This document shows, piece after piece, positions 55,717 through 64,000 of a stretch of DNA of 64,000 nt (its first letter is position 1; each line of letters opens with the position of its first letter). Under the pieces are notes generated by a model. The model ran no database searches and was not told the origin of the DNA. It saw only the letters and a program-made list of their open reading frames with translations. The DNA is from Clostridia bacterium (GTDB lineage Bacteria > Bacillota > Clostridia > Oscillospirales > CAG-272), in the NCBI GenBank assembly GCA_017466375.1, contig JAFTUH010000044.1, positions 13,972-77,971 on the forward strand. Reading direction: 5' to 3'. A program made the position numbers and the translations under genes.

Positions 55717-57039
55717 ATGACGGGAGAATCCAAAAAGCCGCGCACCGCGATCATTACGCTCGGATGCCGCGTGAATCAGTACGAATCCGAGGCGATTGCG
55801 GGGATGCTGGAGAAGGACGGAATTGAGATCGTCCCGTTCGGCACGCAGGCAGATGTGACGATTATCAATACCTGTACGGTCACAGCGGAAAGCGATCGGA
55901 AATCCCGTCAGCACATCCGCCGCGCCGCCTCGGTCTCTCCGAACGGAAAAATCATCGTGACAGGATGCTTTGCGCAAGTCTCGCCTGAAGACGCCGCAAT
56001 CGACGGGGTCAGCGCCGTGATCGGCAACGCGGAGAAATCCCGCATTCCGTCACTCGTGCGCGATTTGTGCGAGGGACGAGAGCCGGAAACGGTCATCCTC
56101 CCCTCCGATCTCGAAAACGCGCCGTATGATACGCTGACGCTGCCTGTGCCGCGCCGTGCACGTGCCTTTATCAAAATCGAGGACGGCTGCGAAAACCGCT
56201 GTGCGTACTGCATCATTCCGAAAGCGCGCGGCAAGGTTCGCTCCAAGGATCCGCGCACCGTTTTATGCGAGGCAGAAGCACTTGCCCATGCGGGGTGCTC
56301 CGAAATCACGCTGACCGGCATCGAAACGGGAGCTTACGGCAGAGATTCGGGCGGGGTGTTCTCCCTCGCATCACTCCTTGCCGATCTTGCGCACGTACCC
56401 GGTATCCGCCGCATCGGTCTCGGCTCGCTTGATCCGTCTTTGATGCGCGATCCGTTTCTCGAAACGGCGGCGTCTGTGCCTTCGCTTCTGCCGCACTTTC
56501 ACCTGTCACTGCAATCCGGCTCCACCTCCGTTCTGAACCGTATGCGCCGCCCGTACACGGCAGAAAGAGCCATGGAGCGTATTGAAGCGCTTCGCCGCGT
56601 CTTCCCTGCCGCAATGCTGACTGCAGACGTGATCGTCGGCTTCCCGGGAGAAACAGAGGAGGAATTTGCGCAGACATTAGACTTTTGCCAAAAATCGAAT
56701 TTTCTGCATTTGCATATATTCCCGTATTCGATCCGCAAAGGAACGGAAGCCGCGGGCATGCCCAATCAGGTCGCAGACGGCGTAAAGAAAGCACGCGCCG
56801 CCCGGCTTGCAGAAGCCCAACAGCAGATCAAGGCGGAGATTCTCACGCAGTACGTGGAAGAACACCGCACGGCGCCTGTTTCCCTGCTCATTGAGGAATT
56901 CAAGGCCGGATACGCGCTTGGACACTCCGAACACTTCGTCGAACTCTCCGCGAAAGCAAACGGATACCGCGTCGGTGACACCGTGGAGGTATACCTGACC
57001 GACACGGACGGTGAAACCTGCACAGGCGTGATCCGCTGA
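55717..57039 (+). CDS. mtaB: tRNA t6A37 methylthiotransferase
   Basis: TLGCRVNQYE, INTCTVT, radical-SAM CENRCAYC, LQSGS, IVGFPGET. Confidence 0.92.
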   Translation: MTGESKKPRTAIITLGCRVNQYESEAIAGMLEKDGIEIVPFGTQADVTIINTCTVTAESDRKSRQHIRRAASVSPNGKIIVTGCFAQVSPEDAAIDGVSAVIGNAEKSRIPSLVRDLCEGREPETVILPSDLENAPYDTLTLPVPRRARAFIKIEDGCENRCAYCIIPKARGKVRSKDPRTVLCEAEALAHAGCSEITLTGIETGAYGRDSGGVFSLASLLADLAHVPGIRRIGLGSLDPSLMRDPFLETAASVPSLLPHFHLSLQSGSTSVLNRMRRPYTAERAMERIEALRRVFPAAMLTADVIVGFPGETEEEFAQTLDFCQKSNFLHLHIFPYSIRKGTEAAGMPNQVADGVKKARAARLAEAQQQIKAEILTQYVEEHRTAPVSLLIEEFKAGYALGHSEHFVELSAKANGYRVGDTVEVYLTDTDGETCTGVIR

Positions 57040-57280
57040 TTCATAAGCGAAAGCTCTCCCGATTTGCCGTCGGGGGAGTTTTTTATGCAGACAAATATTC
57101 CGCCCTCCTCCGGCATATGGTAATCCGGTACGTGTTTCTGCCTCTTTTCTCCGTGAATGACAGTTTCCGCGCCGTTTCCCATGAATTTTGGGGTACACAA
57201 ACGGCGCGCATACGCTTATAATAATAGAGAAACACGAGCCGAATACCCGGAAAGGAGGTGCCGCGTATGCGGTACTGTAT

Positions 57281-57883
57281 ATGGAACTCATTTTAATCAG
57301 CGACTCAAGGCTGAAAATCATGCTGACAGCGGAGGATATGCGCCTGCACGGCATCACCTGCGATACGCTTGACAAAAGCAGCATCACCTCACGCAAGGCG
57401 TTCTGGAACATCCTCGATGAGGCAAAGCTGCAGACGGGATTTGACCCTGCGGGAAGCAAGCTGTTTGTACAGATGTATCCCTCCAAAACAGGCGGGTGCG
57501 AATTATTCGTGACCCGTCTTGGGAGCAAAGATCCTGCTGATAAAGATAAACGTAAACCGAACGATTTGCTAGCACAATCCGTTCTCTCACCCCCGCGCAA
57601 TCCGTTTTATACAGATGCCGAACAATGCATCTACGCCTTCGACGAGATGAATGACCTGCTTCTCGGATGCCGACATCTGTCCGCCTTGGACGATCCTCCT
57701 CTGGCGCGCGCCTATGCGGATGAACAGCAGCGGCGATTTTATCTCGTCCTTGGTGCGGATGCACCGATTCTTGCGGAGTACAACGGCACCCGATGCCGTC
57801 CGCGCGATTTTGCCTACATAGAGGAGCACTGCCGTCTGTTCTGTGCGGATGCGATCCCCCTGCTCTCCCCCTTTGCGCCGTAA
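57281..57883 (+). CDS. MecA-like adaptor protein
   Basis: MELILISDSRLKIMLTAEDM...GCELFVT resembles the MecA N-terminus; ends YIEEH. Confidence 0.65.
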   Translation: MELILISDSRLKIMLTAEDMRLHGITCDTLDKSSITSRKAFWNILDEAKLQTGFDPAGSKLFVQMYPSKTGGCELFVTRLGSKDPADKDKRKPNDLLAQSVLSPPRNPFYTDAEQCIYAFDEMNDLLLGCRHLSALDDPPLARAYADEQQRRFYLVLGADAPILAEYNGTRCRPRDFAYIEEHCRLFCADAIPLLSPFAP

Positions 57884-57989
57884 TCCCCGGACGGAGTTTT
57901 CCTCCGTCCTTTTCTTTTTCTCTTGACAGAAAATGCGCGCGGTCGTATAATATCTGTATCGAAAAAACGCGAAACGAAGGACGGATTCC

Positions 57990-58481
57990 ATGGCGAACGG
58001 CAAAAACACCACGCTCTGCTACATCGAGAAAGACGGAGCATATCTGATGCTGCATAGGATCAAAAAAGAGAACGATGAAAACCGTGACAAATGGATCGGT
58101 ATCGGCGGCAAATTTGAGAGAGGCGAATCCCCCGAGGACTGTGTGCTGCGTGAGGTGCTGGAGGAAACGGGACTGACGCTTATCGACTACCGCTACCGCG
58201 GGATCGTGACGTTCGTTTCCAATCAGTTTGATACGACGGAGTACATGCATCTGTTCACCGCATCCCGTTTTGCTGGCGAGATCAAGGAATGTGATGAAGG
58301 AGAGCTTTGCTGGCTCCCCAAAGAGGATTTATACAGGCTGCCGATGTGGGCGGGAGATCGGATTTTTCTCGATCTTCTCGACACGGACGAGCCGTTCTTC
58401 TCGCTGAAGCTGGTCTACAACGGCGAAAATCTTGCCGGCGCATGGCTGAACGGAAAGAAAATCGGAAAGGACAGGCTATGA
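57990..58481 (+). CDS. NUDIX 8-oxo-dGTP diphosphatase (MutX-like)
   Basis: KWIGIGGKFERGESPEDCVLREVLEETGL, CDEGEL, MWAGD. Confidence 0.9.
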   Translation: MANGKNTTLCYIEKDGAYLMLHRIKKENDENRDKWIGIGGKFERGESPEDCVLREVLEETGLTLIDYRYRGIVTFVSNQFDTTEYMHLFTASRFAGEIKECDEGELCWLPKEDLYRLPMWAGDRIFLDLLDTDEPFFSLKLVYNGENLAGAWLNGKKIGKDRL

Positions 58482-58666
58482 AAAAGACGAAAGAAACCGC
58501 GTGCGAAACGTGCGTCTACTACGACTACAACGACGAGGACGACATCTACGAATGCCGCATGGATCTCGATGAGGATGAATTTTTGCGGTTTATGCAGAGC
58601 AGTACAAGGGGATGTCCTTACTACAAATTTTATGATGAATATAAAAGTGTCCAAAAACAAAACTGA
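58478..58666 (+). CDS. DUF6472-like small protein
   Basis: CETCVYY...C..DLDEDE...CPYY..DEY..V.KQ; AAGGA RBS. Confidence 0.75.
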   Translation: MKKTKETACETCVYYDYNDEDDIYECRMDLDEDEFLRFMQSSTRGCPYYKFYDEYKSVQKQN

Positions 58667-58784
58667 TCCGGACGAAAAAATCTATCAAAAATTCGTTCAT
58701 AATTTTCTCATACCTCTTGTAATTTGATGAAAAATTGTGTATAATGGAAATAATTATTAATTCCTGTCGATCACGGAGGATTTT

Positions 58785-59357
58785 ATGGAGCTTTTGGAAA
58801 AGCGAATCTTGAAAGACGGCAAAGTGGGCGCCGGAAATGTACTGAAGGTGGACAGCTTTCTGAATCATCAGATTGACGTGCCGTTTCTCTCCGAGCTCGG
58901 CAAAGAATTTTATCGCCTTTTCAAGGACTGCGGCATCACGAAGGTTCTGACGATCGAAGCCTCCGGCATCGGCATCGCCTGCCTTACTGCGGCACACTTT
59001 GGCGTGCCGGTCGTGTTCGCAAAAAAAACGCACACCAACAATATTTTCGCGGACGTATACACCTCGTCCGTGTACTCCTACACACATCAGAAAACATACG
59101 ACATCGTCGTCTCCAAGCAGTTTCTGCACGCTGATGACCGCGTACTGATCATTGACGATTTTCTCGCTAAGGGCAGTGCCCTGCTCGCTTTGCTTTCCTT
59201 AATTAAAGATGCGGGGGCCACCGTTGTCGGTGCGGGTATCGTCATTGAAAAGGCGTACCAGAACGGCGGACAGATCGTGCGTGACACGGGCGTTCGCGTG
59301 GAATCGCTCGCGCGGATCGCATCCATGACGGAAGAGGGCGGCGTCGTTTTCTGCTGA
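58785..59357 (+). CDS. xpt: Xanthine phosphoribosyltransferase
   Basis: LKVDSFLNHQID, TIEASGI, VLIIDDFLA. Confidence 0.95.
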   Translation: MELLEKRILKDGKVGAGNVLKVDSFLNHQIDVPFLSELGKEFYRLFKDCGITKVLTIEASGIGIACLTAAHFGVPVVFAKKTHTNNIFADVYTSSVYSYTHQKTYDIVVSKQFLHADDRVLIIDDFLAKGSALLALLSLIKDAGATVVGAGIVIEKAYQNGGQIVRDTGVRVESLARIASMTEEGGVVFC

Positions 59358-59446
59358 TTGGCTCTTGAGTCGTTTTCACTTTCGATTTATAAAGGCTCCG
59401 GCTTTTGTAAATAAATATTACAACTCATTTTGAGGAGGAAAATCCC

Positions 59447-60649
59447 ATGTTCAAGAAAATCCTGTCCCTGTGCCTTGCAGTGCTCATGGTTGCAGCTCTC
59501 GCTGTTTCTATGGCATCCTGCAACAAGTCCGACGCTGATTTCAAGCTTGGCGTCATCCTGCTCCACTCCGAAACGTCCACCTACGACCTCAACTTCATTG
59601 AGGCTGTAAACCGCGCGAAAGAGCAGCTCGGTCTCTCCGACTCTCAGGTTATTATGATGAGAGATATCCCGGAGTCCAACGCTGTATACGAGGCTGCTGC
59701 TGACCTGGTTGACCAGGGCTGCGACGTCATCTTCGCAAACAGCTTCGGTCACGAGACCTACCTTCTGAAGGCTGCTAAGGAATTCACCGACGTTGAATTC
59801 TGCCACGCAACCGGTACGATGGCTCACACCGAAAAGCTTGACAACTTCCACAACGCATTCGCTTCTATCTACGAGGGTCGTTACCTTGCAGGCGTTGCCG
59901 CAGGCATGAAGCTCAACGAGATGATCGAGGCTGGCACCATCACCGCTGAAGAGGCTAAGATGGGCTACGTCGGCGCATTCACCTATGCTGAAGTTATCTC
60001 CGGCTACACCTCCTTCTACCTCGGCGCTAAGTCCGTATGCCCGTCCGTCACGATGGACGTACAGTTCACCGGCGAGTGGTACGATGAGATCAAGGAGAAG
60101 GACGCTGCTACCGCACTCATCAACAACAACTGCGTACTGATCAGCCAGCATGCTGACTCCATGGGCGCTCCCTCCGTTTGTGAGGAGAAGAACGTTCCGA
60201 ACGTTTCCTACAACGGCAGCACCGTTGCTTCCTGCCCGAACACCTTCATCGTATCCTCCAAGATCGACTGGACGCCTTACTTCGTATACATCTGCGAGCA
60301 GGCAATGGCAGGCAAGGCAATCGCTGCTGACTGGACCGGCACTCTCGCTACCGGCTCCGTTGCTCTCTCCGATGTAAACACGCAGGCTGCTGCTGCAGGC
60401 ACCGTTGAGAAGCTCGCTGAGGTTAAGGCTGCTCTTCAGGACGGCTCCCTCAAGGTATTCAACACCGCTACCTTCACCAAGGACGGCGAGACGCTCACCT
60501 CTTACATGGCTGACGTTGACACCGACGAGACATTCACGCCCGATACCGAGGCTATCAAGGACGGTTACTTCCACGAGTCCGAATACCGCAGTGCTCCGTA
60601 CTTCGATATTCAGATCGACGGAATCACCCTTCTGAACACCAAATTCTGA
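59447..60649 (+). CDS. BMP-family nucleoside ABC substrate-binding lipoprotein
   Basis: Lipobox MASC; YEGRYLAGVAAG, SQHADS. Confidence 0.9.
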   Translation: MFKKILSLCLAVLMVAALAVSMASCNKSDADFKLGVILLHSETSTYDLNFIEAVNRAKEQLGLSDSQVIMMRDIPESNAVYEAAADLVDQGCDVIFANSFGHETYLLKAAKEFTDVEFCHATGTMAHTEKLDNFHNAFASIYEGRYLAGVAAGMKLNEMIEAGTITAEEAKMGYVGAFTYAEVISGYTSFYLGAKSVCPSVTMDVQFTGEWYDEIKEKDAATALINNNCVLISQHADSMGAPSVCEEKNVPNVSYNGSTVASCPNTFIVSSKIDWTPYFVYICEQAMAGKAIAADWTGTLATGSVALSDVNTQAAAAGTVEKLAEVKAALQDGSLKVFNTATFTKDGETLTSYMADVDTDETFTPDTEAIKDGYFHESEYRSAPYFDIQIDGITLLNTKF

Positions 60650-60788
60650 TCCCAATATACCGCAACCATGACAGGCGGAGCATACACGCTCCGCTTGTCG
60701 CGGTTTTTACAGCGTTTAAGCTACTCTCCGACGGCTGTCGGGGAGGTGCTTAAGATCTGTAAAGCATACTTTGTATTGGAGGAGCTTC

Positions 60789-62339
60789 ATGAACAAACAG
60801 GTTGCTCTGGAGATGAAACAAGTCTCCAAGTATTTCGGCAGTCTTGCGGCAAACAAGAACGTCGACTTGACCGTTTACCGCGGCGAGATCCTTGCGATCC
60901 TCGGCGAGAACGGTTGCGGAAAAACGACGCTCATGAACATGATCGCAGGCATCTACTACCCCGATCACGGTTCCATCTTTGTGGACGGCGAGGAAGCGAT
61001 CATCCGCTCGCCGAAGGATGCCTTTCATCACGGCATTGGCATGATCCATCAGCACTTCAAGCTGGTAGACATCTTCACTGCCGCCGAGAACATCGTTCTC
61101 GGTGTGAATGACGGCAAGTCTTACAACATCAAAGAGGTCAACCGCCGCGTAGGAGAGATCGCAGACAAATACGGTTTCCACGTGGATCCGAAAAAGAAGA
61201 TCTACGAGATGTCCGTTTCGGAAAAGCAAACGGTCGAGATCCTGAAGGTCCTCTACCGCGGTGCGGACATTCTGATTTTGGACGAGCCCTCCGCGGTTCT
61301 GACACCGCAGGAAACGGACAGGCTTTTTGAAATCCTCAGCCGCATGCGCGAGGATGGAAAATCCATCCTTATCATTACGCATAAGCTGCATGAGGTCATG
61401 TCCATCTCCGACCGTGTTGCCGTTCTCCGCAAGGGCGAGCACATCGCCACCGTCGAAACGGCATCGACCTCTCCTGCCGAGCTTACCGAAATGATGGTCG
61501 GCAAAAAGGTGGAGCTGAATATTGACCGCCCCGAGCCGAAAAACGTAACCGACCGATTGGAAGTCAAAGGACTGTCTCTGACGAACCCAGAGGGCATCAA
61601 GGTTCTGGACAATATTTCCTTCGTCGCGCGTTCCGGTGAGATCCTCGGCATCGCGGGTATCGCCGGAAGCGGTCAGAAGGAGCTTCTCGAATCCATTGCC
61701 GGTCTTTCTCACCCCACGACGGGCGAGATCATTTACAACAATCCAAAAACCGGAACCGCCGAAAACCTGCGCGATAAGGATCCGGTTGCCATCCGTGAAT
61801 TGGGCGTCCGACTCTCCTTCGTACCCGAGGACCGTCTCGGTATGGGACTTGTCGGAAACATGGACATTGTCGACAACATGATGCTCCGCTCCTACCGCAA
61901 GGGACACTCCATGTTCGTTGACCGCAAAAAGCCGCGAGATCTGGCAAACCGCATCGTAGCCGAGCTTGAAGTATCCACGCCCAACACGCACACCCCCGTC
62001 CGCCGTCTTTCCGGCGGTAACGTACAGAAGGTGCTCGTCGGCCGCGAGATCGCCGCATCGCCTACCGTTCTGATGGCGGCTTACCCCGTCCGCGGTCTTG
62101 ACATCAACTCGTCCTACACGATCTACAGTCTTCTCACAAAGCAGAAGGAAAACGGCGTCGCCGTCGTCTTCGTCGGAGAGGATCTGGACGTGCTCGTGGA
62201 GATCTGCGACCGCATTCTCGTGCTTTGCGCAGGTCGCGTCACGGGTATTCTGGACGGACGCACCACCACCAAGGAAGAGATCGGTCTTCTGATGACGAAA
62301 ACGGAAGTAAAGGAGGAGTCCGGCAATGAAAACGGCTAA
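60789..62339 (+). CDS. Nucleoside/simple-sugar ABC ATPase (two domains)
   Basis: GENGCGKTT, LILDEP, LSGGNVQK. Confidence 0.92.
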   Translation: MNKQVALEMKQVSKYFGSLAANKNVDLTVYRGEILAILGENGCGKTTLMNMIAGIYYPDHGSIFVDGEEAIIRSPKDAFHHGIGMIHQHFKLVDIFTAAENIVLGVNDGKSYNIKEVNRRVGEIADKYGFHVDPKKKIYEMSVSEKQTVEILKVLYRGADILILDEPSAVLTPQETDRLFEILSRMREDGKSILIITHKLHEVMSISDRVAVLRKGEHIATVETASTSPAELTEMMVGKKVELNIDRPEPKNVTDRLEVKGLSLTNPEGIKVLDNISFVARSGEILGIAGIAGSGQKELLESIAGLSHPTTGEIIYNNPKTGTAENLRDKDPVAIRELGVRLSFVPEDRLGMGLVGNMDIVDNMMLRSYRKGHSMFVDRKKPRDLANRIVAELEVSTPNTHTPVRRLSGGNVQKVLVGREIAASPTVLMAAYPVRGLDINSSYTIYSLLTKQKENGVAVVFVGEDLDVLVEICDRILVLCAGRVTGILDGRTTTKEEIGLLMTKTEVKEESGNENG

Positions 62340-63423
62340 CAAACCGGTGAGCGAGCCCTTGGTTCACGTAGTCAAGCGTGACGCTTTGCCTCTTTGGAAA
62401 TCTCTGCTGATCCGCGTACTCGCTGTGGTCGCGGCACTGTTGTTCTGCTCCCTGCTCTCCGTTCTGATGATTCACGCAAATCCGTTTGAATTCATCGACA
62501 CGATGTTTGACGGATCCTTCGGTTCCTCCCGCCGCCTTTGGAAATTTGCCAAGGACGCCGCGGTTCTTCTCTGCATTTCCTTGGCAGTTACCCCTGCCTT
62601 CCGCATGCGATTCTGGAACATCGGCGCTGAGGGACAGACGCTGATCGGTGCTCTTTCCGCCGTTGCCGTTATGATCTATCTCGGCAACAAGGTCCCGAAC
62701 GGTGTTCTTTTAATCCTCATGTTTATCGCCTCCGTCACCGTCGGCGCGATCTGGGGATGCATTCCCGCCATTTTCAAAGCGAAATGGCAAACCAACGAAA
62801 CGCTCTTTACACTGATGATGAACTACGTGGCGACCGGTCTTGTCGCCTATTTCCTGCTTCTGTGGACGCCGAGCGGCTCGAGCGTTCTGGGTGAGCTTTC
62901 CGTCGGGCATCTTCCCGCTATCGGTCACGACTATCTGCTTCTGATCATTGCCGTATTGGTGCTCACCGTGCTCCTTTATATCTACCTGCAGTACACGAAG
63001 CAGGGATATGAGATCTCCGTTGTCGGCGAAAGTGAAAACACAGCACGCTACATCGGCATCAACGTCAATAAGGTGATCATTCGCACGATGCTGCTCTCCG
63101 GCGCACTCTGCGGCGTAGCAGGTTTTTTGATCGTCGGTGCACTCGATCACTCCATCGCGACAACGACTGTCGGCGGCATGGGCTTCACGGCGATCATGGT
63201 TTCCTGGATGGCAAAATTCAACCCCCTCATCATGATCGGCACCTCGGCATTCATCACGTTTCTGGATCAGGGTGCCGCGCAGATCACCACGAACTTTGAT
63301 ATCGATTCCGCCTTCCCCTCAATGGTCGTCGGCATCGTGCTGTTCTTCGTGATCGGCTGCGAATTCTTTATCGGATACAAGCCGAAATTCCGTCAGAATA
63401 TTCACAAGGGAGGTAAAGCGTAA
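62326..63423 (+). CDS. ABC permease 1
   Basis: WNIGAEGQ, TLMMNY, GFTAI. Confidence 0.9.
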   Translation: MKTANKPVSEPLVHVVKRDALPLWKSLLIRVLAVVAALLFCSLLSVLMIHANPFEFIDTMFDGSFGSSRRLWKFAKDAAVLLCISLAVTPAFRMRFWNIGAEGQTLIGALSAVAVMIYLGNKVPNGVLLILMFIASVTVGAIWGCIPAIFKAKWQTNETLFTLMMNYVATGLVAYFLLLWTPSGSSVLGELSVGHLPAIGHDYLLLIIAVLVLTVLLYIYLQYTKQGYEISVVGESENTARYIGINVNKVIIRTMLLSGALCGVAGFLIVGALDHSIATTTVGGMGFTAIMVSWMAKFNPLIMIGTSAFITFLDQGAAQITTNFDIDSAFPSMVVGIVLFFVIGCEFFIGYKPKFRQNIHKGGKA

Positions 63424-64000
63424 TGGAACAGTTTTTCGCATCGTTTCTTGACTATTTTCTGACTGCCTTCGCCCTCGGTATGACCTTCCTGTACGGCTGT
63501 ACCGGTGAGATCCTCACGGAAAAAGCGGGACACCTGAACCTCGGTATCCCCGGCATCATGTGCATCGGAGGCGCCTGCGGCTGTCTTGCGCTCAAGCTGA
63601 TGAGCGGTGCCGCCGTTCCGCCCGTTCTTCTCGTGATCATCGCCATTCTCGCCTCCTTTGCGGGCGGCGCGATCATGGGTGTCATCTACTGCTTCTTGAC
63701 CGTCACGCTGAAAGCGAACCAGAACGTAACCGGTCTTGCTATGACCACGTTCGGCGTTGGTACGACGAAGTTTATCATGTCGGATATGTCCTCCGCCAAG
63801 GAAGCAACGCAGTCCTACCTCTACGCGCTGAAGTATTTCCGCTATCCCTTCGGTGAAAGCGGAAGTGCGCTCGTCTATAACGGCTTTATGGTGGTTTTGG
63901 CCATCGTTATCGCGCTTGCTGCCGCATACGTTCTCAACCGTACTCGCGTCGGACTTCATCTCCGCTCGGTCGGCGAGAATCCCGCAACGGCTGACGCGGT
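63423..64000 (+). CDS. ABC permease 2 (runs off window edge)
   Basis: GEILTEKAGHLNLG, ANQNVTGLA, LRSVGENPATADA. Confidence 0.88.
   Translation, partial: MEQFFASFLDYFLTAFALGMTFLYGCTGEILTEKAGHLNLGIPGIMCIGGACGCLALKLMSGAAVPPVLLVIIAILASFAGGAIMGVIYCFLTVTLKANQNVTGLAMTTFGVGTTKFIMSDMSSAKEATQSYLYALKYFRYPFGESGSALVYNGFMVVLAIVIALAAAYVLNRTRVGLHLRSVGENPATADA

Noticed and set aside
58670-58785. Purine riboswitch upstream of xpt
   Set aside because: The leader after TATAAT is only about 40 nt and lacks the conserved aptamer core.

Overview
A 64 kb window from a moderately GC-rich, probably spore-forming uncultured Clostridia (Firmicutes) genome. (1) 1-13.4 kb is a tandem array of at least eight paralogous ~540-575 aa uncharacterised genes, running off the left edge. 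They have a GHL10/DUF187-like TIM-barrel signature and a conserved HxH[FY]DxD motif; the first-transcribed copy has lost the conserved motifs. The array lies downstream of hslO and a 2-hydroxyacid dehydrogenase. (2) 15-34 kb holds an SLH protein, an orphan glycyl-radical enzyme with an atypical Cys loop plus an AraC regulator, cysK, an unannotated 44-aa Asn/Gln micropeptide behind a sporulation-type promoter, tRNA-Arg, a cobalamin riboswitch with a DUF4430/ECF-S transporter pair, GH35, ROK, nagA, a blaI/blaR-like pair, an rluA remnant, LysR and a CofE-like gene. (3) 35.7-52.9 kb is a ~17 kb integrase-less island between two complete tRNA-Pro(GGG) copies with arm-type repeats. It carries deletion-scarred genes (AbiH, GH39-like, BlaR paralogue, ilvD), an amino-sugar catabolic module, a train of small detox-type genes, a PARG-like gene and an AT-rich two-gene candidate anti-phage module (RelE-like C-terminus + HEPN-like). 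(4) 53-64 kb is backbone: rluA-family, upp, mtaB, MecA-like, xpt and a nucleoside ABC transporter. Family assignments come from motif recognition by eye; no database searches were run.
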